Shown: piece after piece, positions 27,218 through 37,403 of the stretch
Position numbering within the stretch: the first letter of the stretch is position 1
Layout: each line of letters starts with the position of its first letter
DNA from: a virus
Taxonomy: Duplodnaviria > Heunggongvirae > Uroviricota > Caudoviricetes
DNA length: 64,000 nucleotides
Reading direction: 5' to 3' (one strand)
IMG/VR virus record: IMGVR_UViG_2802429331_000003
Coordinates: 1 to 64,000 of that record
Position numbers and translations under genes: made by a program
Notes under the pieces: generated by a model
Database searches by the model: none
What the model was told of the DNA's origin: nothing
Seen by the model: only the letters and a program-made list of their open reading frames with translations

Positions 27218-27931
27218 TTACGCCGCGGCGGTGAAGCCCGCCTTACCCGCCAGGGCCTTCCAGCCGGGGCCGGCCAGGACGGTCTTGATGGCGTAGCCGG
27301 TGGACTCGTCGAGCTTGGCCGAGGCGGTGAAGCCGTAGGAGATCACCTCGTCCTGCTTCCAGGACTGCTCGTTCACTTCGGTGATGGTCATCTTGGGCAC
27401 CACCTTGATCACGTAGGTGGTAGTCGGGCCGGCACCGTCGACGCCGATGAAGATGCCGCGGTGGTAGGTGATCGAGGGCGCGGTCGGGTCCGCGAATTCG
27501 GTCTCACCGGTGATCGGGTTGTACTTCACGTTCGACAGGTCCCGGTTGTGGAACAGCTGAAGGTTGTGTCGGTGGGTTTCCTGGCCGGTCCAGGCGATCT
27601 TGGTGGTTCGCTTGGTGACGTCGGTTCGCGCGGACTCGAGCAGACCCCACGCCTCTACTTCGGAGGTCTCGGTCTCCGGGGTGAAGGTGGGCGCGCCTTC
27701 CTTGGAGACGTGCCCCAGCGAGGTGAAGCCCGCGGACTTCAGGTCCAGCAGGTCCGCGGTGGCGCCCGTGGTGAATGCGGCCGGGACATCCACCGACATG
27801 GGCGCGACGAACACCGCACCGGAGAGCGGCTTGAGCAGCAGCGACTGCTTCAGATCGCGCATTACGTTGAGATCCGGCATCCCGGCCTCCCTATTCAGTT
27901 GTGTATTCAGTTGTGGGGGTGGAACTTTCAA
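27218..27931 (-). CDS. Major tail protein (237 aa).
   Basis: Position upstream of chaperone/TMP; size and beta-rich composition. Confidence 0.6.
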   Translation of the reverse strand: MKVPPPQLNTQLNREAGMPDLNVMRDLKQSLLLKPLSGAVFVAPMSVDVPAAFTTGATADLLDLKSAGFTSLGHVSKEGAPTFTPETETSEVEAWGLLESARTDVTKRTTKIAWTGQETHRHNLQLFHNRDLSNVKYNPITGETEFADPTAPSITYHRGIFIGVDGAGPTTTYVIKVVPKMTITEVNEQSWKQDEVISYGFTASAKLDESTGYAIKTVLAGPGWKALAGKAGFTAAA

Positions 27932-28299
27932 GCCGCCTGCGAGCGCGACTCGAGGTACTCAGCGGCGCGGTGCAGCGTCGCCGGGTCATCTTTGAGCAGG
28001 CCCAGCCCGGTGTTGCAGCCGTGGCAGAGAAGGCCCCTGACCTGTCCGGTGCCGCCGTGCTGGTGGTCGACCACGAGTGCGGCGTCGTCGGTTTCGCAGA
28101 TCGCGCACACGCCGCCTTGGTCGTCGAGCAGCTGCATGTACCGGTCGCGGTTGATGCCGTAGCGGCCCCGCAGCTTTCGGTCGGCGGCGCAATCGCGGCA
28201 TTGGCGCTCGATGCCGAGGCGTTTGCTGGGGTTGCGATGGAAGTGACCGGTCGGCTTGTTTTTCAGGCAGCCGGAGCAGGTTTGAAATTGTGGGGTCAT
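27928..28299 (-). CDS. Recombination endonuclease VII-like (T4 EndoVII-family, HNH-related) small nuclease, 123 aa.
   Basis: Cys-rich zinc-binding N-terminus CSGCLKNKPTGHFH...CRDC and GGVCAICETDDAALVVDHQHGGTGQVRGLLCHGCNTGLGLL (H-N-H/EndoVII core). Confidence 0.7.
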   Translation of the reverse strand: MTPQFQTCSGCLKNKPTGHFHRNPSKRLGIERQCRDCAADRKLRGRYGINRDRYMQLLDDQGGVCAICETDDAALVVDHQHGGTGQVRGLLCHGCNTGLGLLKDDPATLHRAAEYLESRSQAA

Positions 28300-28302
28300 C
28301 GC

Positions 28303-28692
28303 CTACTGCGCTCGGAAGCTGATCCAGTAGCTGGATTCCACGAACCGGTTGTCGCCAGCGAGGTCTGGTTCCTGGGTGTTGCCGACTTCCTCGCGGGTGT
28401 TGTCGATGAGGAATCCGCCGGCAAGGGACCGGGCGGCGCCCAGGATGCGGCAGCGCACCTTGGCGGCGGTGGCCCATGCCTTGGGGCGGGTGGCGTCGAC
28501 GACCACCACCGACATCAGGGCCCGGTCGGTGATGCCGTCGTCGCAGCCACCGCCGACGCGATTGATGGCGATGATGGTGCCAAGCTTCGCCCATTCCGCA
28601 GGATCCGGGAGCGCGGTGCAGGTCCAGCCCAGATCGTCGAGCAAGGCCATGGTGACCAGCTCGGCATCGGGGAAGTCGAGTGGTTCGCTCAT
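28303..28692 (-). CDS. Tail terminator/completion-like protein (129 aa).
   Basis: Position between head-tail joining genes and major tail protein. Confidence 0.45.
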   Translation of the reverse strand: MSEPLDFPDAELVTMALLDDLGWTCTALPDPAEWAKLGTIIAINRVGGGCDDGITDRALMSVVVVDATRPKAWATAAKVRCRILGAARSLAGGFLIDNTREEVGNTQEPDLAGDNRFVESSYWISFRAQ

Positions 28693-29135
28693 TTGCGGCC
28701 GCCGTAGAGCCGTTCGAGGTCAGCGACGATCGAGCGCACTCGCCTGTTGTCGCCGCCCATGGTGTGGCGGGCGTAGCGGCTGTTGCGTGGTGGGTACTGG
28801 CCGGGCTTGACCCGTTCACGGACCGCCGGGCGGCGGAAGGTCTTCGCCAGATTCCAGCGACCGAACTCGACTGCTGCGGCGTAGTCGGTGTCGGCAGTCA
28901 ACTCCGCCACGCGGCGCGGGCGCAGCGAGCCGGCGTTCTTGCGCATCTCGAGCGAGATGGTGGTGGAGTTGGCCAATTGGCCTGTCCGCCAGCGAGTGCG
29001 GGACCGCCACATCTGTCGGCCTTCGCGGGCGATGCCCTGGAGGATGCCGCCCATGACCGGACCGTTCACGACGGCCTCGACCGCGGGGTTGACCGGTGGC
29101 TTGGATTGTTCGCCGTACCAGGTGAGTTCACCCAT
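28689..29135 (-). CDS. HK97 gp10-like head-tail joining protein (about 148 aa).
   Basis: Internal start MGELTWYGEQSKPP; position. Confidence 0.45.
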   Translation of the reverse strand: MGELTWYGEQSKPPVNPAVEAVVNGPVMGGILQGIAREGRQMWRSRTRWRTGQLANSTTISLEMRKNAGSLRPRRVAELTADTDYAAAVEFGRWNLAKTFRRPAVRERVKPGQYPPRNSRYARHTMGGDNRRVRSIVADLERLYGGRK

Positions 29136-29163
29136 TCGGCTGTAGCGAGGCACTGTGTTGTCT

Positions 29164-29526
29164 CTATCCTTCGATCCGCCGCAGCCGCACCACGACGCCC
29201 GGGGTCCATCCGGTGACCGGATGCTTGGGGCGCTGGGGGCGGCCGACCACGTGGTACTGGTCACCGTCGGGGAGTTCGATCAGGTCGTTGGCCAGCACAT
29301 CGGCGCCGACCGGGCAGTAGAGGGTCACGTCGTAGCGCGCCAGCTCACGATCGGCGGTCGGTGCGCCGTTGGCGTTGGGTTCATCCTGGGAGCCGTACTC
29401 GATCACCGTTTCGGGAATCGTGTGGTGCTCCACGTAGGAGGTGTCGCCGAACCGGTCGCGGGCCGGGCGACGCCACACGATCACGGTGTCGCCGTGCAGG
29501 TTTGGCAGCAGCATCACGCCGACCAC
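29164..29526 (-). CDS. Head-tail adaptor (120 aa).
   Basis: Position and size. Confidence 0.45.
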   Translation of the reverse strand: MVGVMLLPNLHGDTVIVWRRPARDRFGDTSYVEHHTIPETVIEYGSQDEPNANGAPTADRELARYDVTLYCPVGADVLANDLIELPDGDQYHVVGRPQRPKHPVTGWTPGVVVRLRRIEG

Positions 29527-29897
29527 CTCACCGGCGCGATTCCGAGGACTCCGAACCGCTTCTTTCGGGCGCGCAGCGGCTTGAGTTCCTCTGCGGTGAA
29601 ATGCAATTCACCCGAGGCAACGTTGTCGTGCAGCCGGGTGGTTGACCCGCCGACGGCCTGATAGGCGACGCCGGCGGGGTTTCGCACCACCCGCAGCACG
29701 GCCGCGCAGACGGCACGACGCGCGTTGTAGCGCACCAGCTCCGGCAGCGCGGCGGGGTTGCTGGCCAGCCGCGGCACCAGCGACATCAGCATCGCTTCGG
29801 CCTCGAGGATCTTGGTCTCCGCGAAGACCAGCTGCCGTTCGGTCAGCTGACCCTCGTAGGAGGCGATCAGATCGGTTCGGCCAGCAAAGACACCCAT
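29514..29897 (-). CDS. Head-tail connector protein (about 127 aa).
   Basis: Internal start MGVFAGRTDLIASYEGQL; position downstream of the capsid gene. Confidence 0.45.
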   Translation of the reverse strand: MGVFAGRTDLIASYEGQLTERQLVFAETKILEAEAMLMSLVPRLASNPAALPELVRYNARRAVCAAVLRVVRNPAGVAYQAVGGSTTRLHDNVASGELHFTAEELKPLRARKKRFGVLGIAPVRWSA

Positions 29898-29902
29898 CGC
29901 GG

Positions 29903-30148
29903 TTATGCCCCCTCGGCGGGCTTGCGGGTACGCCGCTTGGGCGCGACCGGCTCGGCCTCGGGCTCGGACTCGCCACTGGTAGCGCCGTCTCCGGCCCCCG
30001 CTTCGACAGCGGGGGCCGGGACGGTGTCCCAGGCGGCGGGGTTGGTGATCTGGCGGGCCGCCCACTCCGGCACTTCATCGGCCGGGCCGAACCAGCGCGC
30101 CGCGCCGTGTTCGTCGTAGGCGGCCACCCACGAAATCAGCTTCGCCAC
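29903..30148 (-). CDS. Small acidic protein (81 aa) downstream of the capsid gene.
   Basis: Clean ORF. Confidence 0.4.
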   Translation of the reverse strand: MAKLISWVAAYDEHGAARWFGPADEVPEWAARQITNPAAWDTVPAPAVEAGAGDGATSGESEPEAEPVAPKRRTRKPAEGA

Positions 30149-30161
30149 AACAACACCCGGC

Positions 30162-31199
30162 CTAGTAGACGGTTGCGACGAACAGGCTCTTCGGATCCTC
30201 GAGGACCGGAAGAGTCAACGCGTCGACCACGGTGGTCTCCTTGAACGGAGGACCACTCTTGACGACCACGCCGGTGATGCCCGGAGCGTCCTCGAAGGTC
30301 ATGTCCGACTGCGCGGCATTGACCAGCTCGAGCGCGGTGGCGGTGACGCCCCATTTCACCCCGCCCAGGCGACCGGCCGGCGGCACGAAAATCACCTTGT
30401 TCTCGGGGATTACACGCTTGTCGACTCCGTCGACGCGGATCACCGTGTCGTAGACCTCGGCGATCGGCGGCAGGTTGTAATCCTCCAGCACGTTGTTGAC
30501 CACCGAACGGGACACAATCTGCGGCGAACCGGCGATCGAGGCCGCGTAGGTGCGGAACTCAGCGTTGCGCTGGAGCAGCGAGGCGGTCTTGCGGGAGATG
30601 ATCATGCCTGCCGGGGCGAAACCGTTGTCGGCGATGTACTTCTCGGTCCAGGTCGCCAGATCCGAAACGATCTGGGCTGCGGCGGTGTCGGTCCATACCT
30701 TGCCCGCGGTGACGAAGTGATCACCGGGGACCTCGAAGTCGGCCTTCAGGTACAGGCCGTTCTCGCCGGCCAGGTCGATCTTGCCGGTGTGCAGCAACTC
30801 GCCGCGCGCGACCTCGATGCGATTGCGGATCGCGCGAACCGCCAGCTCGATGTCGTTGTAGATCGCCGAGGTGATCGCCGAGAGCGAGCCACCCTTCTGC
30901 CGAGCACGCTCGAGCTGGAGCCGCTCGAGCTCGCCCTTCATGCCCTGCACCGAGATCGGAAGCAGGTCGACTTCCTTGGTCTCGAAGAAGTCCCGCTCGA
31001 GCTGCGGGATGTTGCCGTCGAACGACCTGAAGCTGGCAGTCCGATTCACCCGGGTCGTGTTGACCAGCTTGATCGTCTGCTCCTGTACCAGCTGGTCAGG
31101 CAGGAACGCGGCCAGCTTGTGGTCGGATGGCAGCGGAATTTCGCGCGCGAAGACGGTCGCCGAATCGGGATGGACCGGCGCGTCGAAGACTAGAGCCAT
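30162..31199 (-). CDS. Major capsid protein (HK97-fold), 345 aa.
   Basis: Position after the scaffold gene; size; protein-like composition. Confidence 0.7.
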   Translation of the reverse strand: MALVFDAPVHPDSATVFAREIPLPSDHKLAAFLPDQLVQEQTIKLVNTTRVNRTASFRSFDGNIPQLERDFFETKEVDLLPISVQGMKGELERLQLERARQKGGSLSAITSAIYNDIELAVRAIRNRIEVARGELLHTGKIDLAGENGLYLKADFEVPGDHFVTAGKVWTDTAAAQIVSDLATWTEKYIADNGFAPAGMIISRKTASLLQRNAEFRTYAASIAGSPQIVSRSVVNNVLEDYNLPPIAEVYDTVIRVDGVDKRVIPENKVIFVPPAGRLGGVKWGVTATALELVNAAQSDMTFEDAPGITGVVVKSGPPFKETTVVDALTLPVLEDPKSLFVATVY

Positions 31200-31248
31200 G
31201 GGATGGCCTCCGTATTAAGTTGTGTATTCAGTTGTGAGAGACCAGGTT

Positions 31249-31644
31249 TCAGAAGAACTTGAACCAAGCGGCCAGCAGACTCTTGGCCTGCGCATCCAGG
31301 CCATTACCGGCAGGCAGCTTGTTCTCCTTGATCGCGCCGGGGCCGAACCACAGCGGGGCGGCCTCATCCGGACCTGTGGGAGCGAAGGCGTCCCACAGGA
31401 ATCCGGCCGGGGTCTCGCGGCCATCGGCGGCGGTCTTGTCGTAGGGGCCGTACTTGCCGGTCGCGGTGATCTTGCCGAGCACGATGCCCGAGGGCAGATA
31501 GCCTTCCGGCATCTGAACCGAGGTGAACTTGCTCATGTCGAGAGTGACCGAGGCACGGCCCGCCTGCGCGGAGATGTCGGCGTAGACGAACGCCCGCGAA
31601 TCACCCCGGAACGTACCGGTCTTGCGTGTAGCGATGTTGCTCAT
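31249..31644 (-). CDS. Head-associated hypothetical protein (about 131 aa) between scaffold and capsid.
   Basis: Internal start MSNIATRKTGTF; the upstream extension in the ORF track is Pro/Ser/Arg junk overlapping the scaffold gene. Confidence 0.5.
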   Translation of the reverse strand: MSNIATRKTGTFRGDSRAFVYADISAQAGRASVTLDMSKFTSVQMPEGYLPSGIVLGKITATGKYGPYDKTAADGRETPAGFLWDAFAPTGPDEAAPLWFGPGAIKENKLPAGNGLDAQAKSLLAAWFKFF

Positions 31645-31663
31645 GAATGGCTCCAGAGATGGG

Positions 31664-32359
31664 TTAGGCGGCCGGGGAGAATCCGCGCCGCTTCGCTTCG
31701 GCCAGGCCGTCAGCGCGGGTGCTCTTCTGGGAGGTCGCCCCCGGGCTGCCCTGTCCGAAATTCGGGTAGGTGCTCGCAGCGGCGGAGGAGGGCGGTTCCT
31801 CGCCGTACATGGCCTTGAGGTGCGCGACGACCTTCTCGCCGTCGATCGAGCCGTCCTCGGCGCTGAACGCGGTGATGTTGACCGTGGAGACGAAACCGTC
31901 GAGCTTGGCGCCCTTGATGACCGTGGATGCATAGCCGCGCAGCTGGGCCTCGTGCAGCATCGGCATCAGCTGATCGCGTGCCTCGCTGCGGCCGGCCTCC
32001 CGCGCGGATTCGATTGCGTCCTGCTGGGCGCGTTCGGTTTCCGACAGCTGTGCGTCGCGCAGCTCCTGAAGTTCGTTGCGCAGCGCGTCGGCTTCCTCGG
32101 CACTCAGGCCACCGGCCTTGGCGCGCGACCGGGATTCGTGCATGCGGGCCTTGGCCTTCCAATAGGCGGCCTGCTGCTCGACGGTCATTTCCGTCAGCGG
32201 CGTGTTGTCGGGGTAGCCGTGCTTGTTCACGGCCTGCTCCTCGCCGACACCATCGGATTCGCCTGCCTCCGGTGCAGTTTCGACCGTCTCGATGTCGTCG
32301 GGAGTGACGTCGTCGGGAGCGGAGGAGGCAAGGGTGTCGGCGCGCTGCTGCTTGCTCAT
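31664..32359 (-). CDS. Scaffolding protein (231 aa).
   Basis: Glu/Ala/Gln-rich coiled-coil; lies between the MuF-like gene and capsid. Confidence 0.65.
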   Translation of the reverse strand: MSKQQRADTLASSAPDDVTPDDIETVETAPEAGESDGVGEEQAVNKHGYPDNTPLTEMTVEQQAAYWKAKARMHESRSRAKAGGLSAEEADALRNELQELRDAQLSETERAQQDAIESAREAGRSEARDQLMPMLHEAQLRGYASTVIKGAKLDGFVSTVNITAFSAEDGSIDGEKVVAHLKAMYGEEPPSSAAASTYPNFGQGSPGATSQKSTRADGLAEAKRRGFSPAA

Positions 32360-32460
32360 ATTCAGTTGTGATCCCTTGTCGGGTAAATGGTTTGGTGGTG
32401 GGCAAGGGCTCCTTGGCGGAACCCGGCCCGGTTCTCGTCCACCCCAGGAGGTGGGAAGTT

Positions 32461-33510
32461 CTAGAGCGCGAGGAGCTGTTCGAACGCGTACACCTGCGAC
32501 TGCTGCCAGCGCAGACGCGGATCGTCGTCCGGCACGCCCTGGGAACGCGTCTTGGCCAACTCCTTACGCATCAGCGGCAACTGGCGTCGCGCGACCTCGG
32601 TGAAGTCGGCATCCAGGTCCACCACCGCGGGCACTTCCGGATCCCGGAAACGCGGCACAGGCTCACCGCGGCGTTTGGGCACCAGCAGCGCCTGAAGCTC
32701 GCCATGCTCGTCGACGCCGTACTTGGTGCGGTGCAACAGCTTTGCGCCGGTGCCACCCGCATCGTCATACAGTCTGGTCAGGTCCTCGCGGTTGAGTCGA
32801 AGTCCTGGATCCGCGTCTTCCTTGACCGGCATGACCGTGCAGTTGCAGCCCGTGTGCATGGGCTTGAGCTCGTCGGTCTTGTAGATCCGGTCGCTGGCCG
32901 CCACGCACAATCCGCACACACCGGTGCGGGAGCGTTCGGGCCGGATGACTCGCCGGTATCCGATCACGTCGAGATCCACGACACCGGCTTGGCCGATGAT
33001 CTGCATCTCCGCCTCCCTCTCAGCGAGGGCGACGTTCGTGGCTAGCTCCATTTTCACACGGTTCGCCGCAGCGTCCAGAGCATCACTGGAATCACGTCCA
33101 CCAGCGACTTCATGCCGATACCGGCGTGCAGGGCGGTTGAACGGCTCGGCGGCAGGCAACCGCTCGGACGCCCCAGCCCGGGTGCGGACCGTCTTCGGTT
33201 TCGCGTACCGGTAGGGGCGCGTCGTCGAGTACATCCGCACCTCGTCGGGCACCTCGGGTACGAAATCGCCGAGGTCGGTGTCGATCTCGGCGAGATAGCG
33301 GCGTTGAGCTGCCGCGACCATGGTCACGGCCTTGCGCTGGGCGGCGATCGAGATATCCGCTGCGGCTTGAGAGAAGTCCTCCACCGCGGCCCCGTCGAAC
33401 GGGTCGGTCATCCGCCACAGCGCCTGCACACGGTCCTGGGCATCGAGCAGAAGCAGACGCCGCCGCTGCGAATGCGACAGCAGGATCCGCAGCAACAGCT
33501 CCGACCCCAT
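32461..33510 (-). CDS. Head morphogenesis / capsid maturation protein (MuF / SPP1 gp7-like), about 349 aa.
   Basis: Internal start MGSELLLRIL overlaps the portal stop (ATGA); downstream of portal. Confidence 0.55.
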   Translation of the reverse strand: MGSELLLRILLSHSQRRRLLLLDAQDRVQALWRMTDPFDGAAVEDFSQAAADISIAAQRKAVTMVAAAQRRYLAEIDTDLGDFVPEVPDEVRMYSTTRPYRYAKPKTVRTRAGASERLPAAEPFNRPARRYRHEVAGGRDSSDALDAAANRVKMELATNVALAEREAEMQIIGQAGVVDLDVIGYRRVIRPERSRTGVCGLCVAASDRIYKTDELKPMHTGCNCTVMPVKEDADPGLRLNREDLTRLYDDAGGTGAKLLHRTKYGVDEHGELQALLVPKRRGEPVPRFRDPEVPAVVDLDADFTEVARRQLPLMRKELAKTRSQGVPDDDPRLRWQQSQVYAFEQLLAL

Positions 33511-35036
33511 TAGGCGGCCACCGCCAGCTCGTCGCCGCCCGCGTCCGTACCCGGCTCGGCGGGAGCGCTTTGCGCGGCAGCCGGATTCGCGGCCGGCACC
33601 GCACCACCGGAAGTGGTGTCCATGGCCATGGATTCCTCCATCAGCTCTGTCTCGTTGAGCTTGGCGACCAGCGGATCCATCTCCATCAGCTCCACCACCT
33701 GCCGCTTGCGCGATAGCACGCCGCGGGTCTTCTGTACCGCGTCCGCGCGCACTGCCAGCGGCGTGCGTTCGGTGCTGCCCCACTGAAGGCGCACGTTCAC
33801 CGCGCGGGCGGCCTGCCCGGACAGCGCGAACACCATCTGCCACAACAGCATCCACTGCGGCTCCTGGCGCGCCTGGCGGTCGTTGATCTTGTCGGTCAGG
33901 CCCTCGCGAAGCATCGAGGCGCCCTCGGCGGTCTGGTTGTTGCCGTCCGGAGCGAGCATGTGCATGGGGATACGGGTGGATACACCGAATTCCTTGACAT
34001 CGTCACGCTCGGCCAGCAGCAGTGGCGTCAAATCCGTTGCGCCGCTTTCCCAGAACTCCACACCCTCGGGCACGATCCACAGGGTGCCCGGGTCGGCCTG
34101 GAAGATGTCCTCGAGTTTGGCGTCGCCGAGGGAGCGGATCAGCGAGTTCTCGTCGTCGCTGAAGTCCTCGCCGCCGTCCAAGTCCCCCTTGATGGCCCGC
34201 TGCTTGAAGCTTTGGTACCAGGTGATGATCTTCCTGTGCAGGATGCCGTCGGCGATCCGGTCGAGGGTATCGAGGTGGGGTTCGAATTCCCCCAGTCCCA
34301 TCTTGTTCTCGAAGCGGACGACGGGGATCCCACCGAACTCTTCGAGGCCGGCCATTGCTGCGACTTCGCCCTTGGACCACTGGTCGAGGATGAACTTGGT
34401 GCCGAACTGGCCTTCCTCGCGGATGAACTCGATCCGCTGGCCAGGCAGAAACAGCAAGGCTTTCTGGCAGTTGGCGATTCGGTCCCGGTACACCTTCACG
34501 AAGGCGATCAGCTGCCGTGGAATGAGCGGATTTGGCTCGCCCACACAGAATCTGGGGTTCTCCGCCAGCAGCATCGGCACGCTGCCTGTGGGTGCGCCCG
34601 GTAGCGGCGGCACGATCGTCACGTACGACTCGCCGAGGGTGTACAGCCAGGTCTGCATGTCCCGCTGCAACGCAGCGAAACCCGACACCTCCTGGACCTT
34701 GCGTGCGATGTCGTCGCCGTCGAGATCCTTGTCGGCCTCGGTGTAGACGCCCTTGAGCACGCTGCGGTCGCACATGGAGTCGATGGCCATGATGGCGTAG
34801 TTCGGGCGCGACTTGCGCAGCAGCTCCCTGAAGGTTTCTCGGTACTTCTCGTTGATGAACGGCAGCGGGCCGTCCCCGATGTAGTAGCTCCACAGCAGGT
34901 CCAGGCGCTCTCGCCTGGTCTTGGGGGTGTTGGTGGAGGTGACGCGCGGCTCCCATTCGAGCTTCTCGTCGAACCGCTTCATGAGGTATTCGAACCACCA
35001 CTCCGGCGGCTGCGTCTTCTGCTGCTGCTGAGCCAT
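33510..35036 (-). CDS. Portal protein (508 aa).
   Basis: Sits immediately downstream of the large terminase; size. Confidence 0.75.
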   Translation of the reverse strand: MAQQQQKTQPPEWWFEYLMKRFDEKLEWEPRVTSTNTPKTRRERLDLLWSYYIGDGPLPFINEKYRETFRELLRKSRPNYAIMAIDSMCDRSVLKGVYTEADKDLDGDDIARKVQEVSGFAALQRDMQTWLYTLGESYVTIVPPLPGAPTGSVPMLLAENPRFCVGEPNPLIPRQLIAFVKVYRDRIANCQKALLFLPGQRIEFIREEGQFGTKFILDQWSKGEVAAMAGLEEFGGIPVVRFENKMGLGEFEPHLDTLDRIADGILHRKIITWYQSFKQRAIKGDLDGGEDFSDDENSLIRSLGDAKLEDIFQADPGTLWIVPEGVEFWESGATDLTPLLLAERDDVKEFGVSTRIPMHMLAPDGNNQTAEGASMLREGLTDKINDRQARQEPQWMLLWQMVFALSGQAARAVNVRLQWGSTERTPLAVRADAVQKTRGVLSRKRQVVELMEMDPLVAKLNETELMEESMAMDTTSGGAVPAANPAAAQSAPAEPGTDAGGDELAVAA

Positions 35037-35055
35037 ATTCAGTTAGGTCCTTCAG

Positions 35056-36759
35056 TCATCGCACGCGCACGGCGATCCGGCGGCGCTTCTTCTTTCCGAT
35101 TCCCTTGGCCACCGCATCCAGCCGGGCCTGCCACGCCAGCACCGCGGCAACAGCGCCGTCGATCTTGTTCGGCGAGTCCGGGTTCTCCTTGCGGATCTGA
35201 ATGCCCTTCGGCGTCTCCGCGCGCCGGGCATTGAGCACGTGCGCCCGCAGCGTGAGATTGCCGTCGTGGCACAGCTTCCGGTCGAGGATCGCCTCCACGA
35301 ATTCCCGCAGCGCCTCAACGGTTTTGAATGCGCGGCTGCCGGTCATCCACCATTCGATGGGATGGCTCGCCGAGGACTTCACCAGCAAGTGAGGACCATA
35401 CTTGGCCTCCCATGCAGCGACGTTCGCCTCCCACCGGGCCGGGTCGGCGTAGAACGCCACCACCTTGTAGGTCTTGAAGGTCTCGAGCAGCGCGGCCTCG
35501 ATCTCGTGCTCGGGGACTTCCCATCCGTCGGTGAACGCGCCTGGGGGCTGTTCCCAAATCTTGATCGGCACGACCAGGCCGTCGTGGACCCGGCACGCCA
35601 CGAGAGCGGTGGCATCGGTGACGCCGCGGCGGCGGCGCCGGGAACCGTCGAATCCGAGGGTGATCACATCGCCAGCGGCGAGAGGCTCGACCGGCATGTT
35701 GTCCGGGCCGACCGCGTCCCATTCGTAGGCGACAACCCATGCGTTCTCCGCGGAGGTCGGCGAGTTGAACCAGTAGCGGAAGCTGCTGATTACGTCGTTT
35801 CGCGGGTCGGCAATCGCCTCCACCAGGCCGTCGACGTCGTTCCACGCCGCGCAGTCGCCGTAAGAGTCCAGCAGCGCCTTGCGCACCAGCTCTTCGTCGT
35901 CGAGCTCCTCGGGGGTAATCGCTCCGTATCGGTGGTCGAACAGCTGGCGGGGATGGGATTTGAGCTTCCCTGCGAGGGTGTCCTGGATCAGCTTGTAGGT
36001 CTGCTCGGCGATAGAGTCCTCGCCCGGCGCGTACATCGTGGTCGTCTCGACCGCGAAAGTCTGCGCGGACCGTCGACGCTTACGCAGATTTCGAGTCAGC
36101 GTTTTGTACGTCTGCCGTAGCTCAGGCTTGTTGTAGAGGTGCGTCTCGTCGAACAGGGTCAGCGTGTCCTTGCCGCCATCCTTGGACGCCGCCGAGCTGG
36201 TCGACGGAATGATCTCTCCGCCACCGGGAATCAGGATGCGGGTCAGGCCGGCGTCGTCCCGGCGCGGCAGAGCACGGCGCAGTGGCCCCTCGGTCAGGTT
36301 CAGGTGGACGGTGTCGTAGACGAGCCCCGCCTGCCCCTCTTCTGTTGCAACGCAACGGATATAGGGGTTCTTGAGCCGCTTGCCCATGGGTTCACCGGGC
36401 GCGTACGTGTACGTGAAATCCCCGCCCCAGTCGTCGCGGAACACCTCGCCACCGCGTGCCCACCCGGCGAATCGGCAAGGGCCGATGGCTTCGAAAAGCG
36501 CGATGAGAGCAGCGACTTCGGACTTTGCGCACCCTTTTGGGCGGCTGAGGAAGACGTGGTCGTAGATCCGGCGGCCGTCGCGATCGAGGGCGTAGGTGTC
36601 GACGACGAAGCGGACGTACTCATCGACGATCGGCGCGACGGATTCACCGCCGACGTCGCCGGGGCCATGGACGGCGTAGTGCTCGAGCCAGGCGACTGCA
36701 AGCCAACCGAGGGAGCGTTCGCGGTCGTGGTCGGGGTGGGTGACGATGTCGTGCGGCAC
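35056..36759 (-). CDS. terL: Terminase large subunit (567 aa).
   Basis: N-terminal ATPase and C-terminal nuclease organisation; position after small terminase and HNH. Confidence 0.8.
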   Translation of the reverse strand: MPHDIVTHPDHDRERSLGWLAVAWLEHYAVHGPGDVGGESVAPIVDEYVRFVVDTYALDRDGRRIYDHVFLSRPKGCAKSEVAALIALFEAIGPCRFAGWARGGEVFRDDWGGDFTYTYAPGEPMGKRLKNPYIRCVATEEGQAGLVYDTVHLNLTEGPLRRALPRRDDAGLTRILIPGGGEIIPSTSSAASKDGGKDTLTLFDETHLYNKPELRQTYKTLTRNLRKRRRSAQTFAVETTTMYAPGEDSIAEQTYKLIQDTLAGKLKSHPRQLFDHRYGAITPEELDDEELVRKALLDSYGDCAAWNDVDGLVEAIADPRNDVISSFRYWFNSPTSAENAWVVAYEWDAVGPDNMPVEPLAAGDVITLGFDGSRRRRRGVTDATALVACRVHDGLVVPIKIWEQPPGAFTDGWEVPEHEIEAALLETFKTYKVVAFYADPARWEANVAAWEAKYGPHLLVKSSASHPIEWWMTGSRAFKTVEALREFVEAILDRKLCHDGNLTLRAHVLNARRAETPKGIQIRKENPDSPNKIDGAVAAVLAWQARLDAVAKGIGKKKRRRIAVRVR

Positions 36760-36765
36760 CCGGGC

Positions 36766-37236
36766 TCACGCGCCCTTCAGCAGCCGTGCCCGTCGCTCCT
36801 CGGCGAAGCTGACCACCTGCTTCCCGGCAGTCGGCGCATCCTCGTCTTCCTCGTCGATGACCGGCTTGATTCGAACCCGCGCCCGCGCGAGGTCATCCTC
36901 TGTAAGACGAAGTGCCGCACCGAGAGTCGAGGTGACGGCCTTATAGTTTTCGCTCCCGGGTCGCGAGAGATAGCGTTCGATCAGCGGAAGCGTCACCCAC
37001 AGCTGGAACCAGGTGCCGGCGCCATACAGGCGGGCCTGCGGCAGCGCCGCGAGGTGCTCGTAGATCGCACGCCCGGTCGGCCCCACGGTGATCCACTCAG
37101 GGATCTCGGGGATCTCGCCGTCGTGCGGGGTCGGGTCGATCTCGGTCCAGCCGTCACCGGTGACGAACGGATCGGCGTTGCGCCGCAGCCTCTCGTCCGG
37201 GTTCTTCGGCGGTGGACCGCTTCTGCGTCCAGCCAT
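36766..37236 (-). CDS. terS: Terminase small subunit, P27 family (about 156 aa).
   Basis: Start MAGRRSGPPPKNPDERLRRN characteristic of P27-family small terminases; classic HNH / P27 / TerL module. Confidence 0.65.
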   Translation of the reverse strand: MAGRRSGPPPKNPDERLRRNADPFVTGDGWTEIDPTPHDGEIPEIPEWITVGPTGRAIYEHLAALPQARLYGAGTWFQLWVTLPLIERYLSRPGSENYKAVTSTLGAALRLTEDDLARARVRIKPVIDEEDEDAPTAGKQVVSFAEERRARLLKGA

Positions 37237-37403
37237 ATTGAGTTGTGCTCCCGTGTCGGGGTAGAGCCGCTCCCCACCGCGGGCAGCCACCATGGCGGCG
37301 CCACCTGCGATACGGCGGTACGGATTCGCGCGTTGGTTTCACCCGCTTCACACACGCGAGCTGGCAGACGCGCCCCTGCCAAGCTGTGGATTCGGGGAAA
37401 GAG

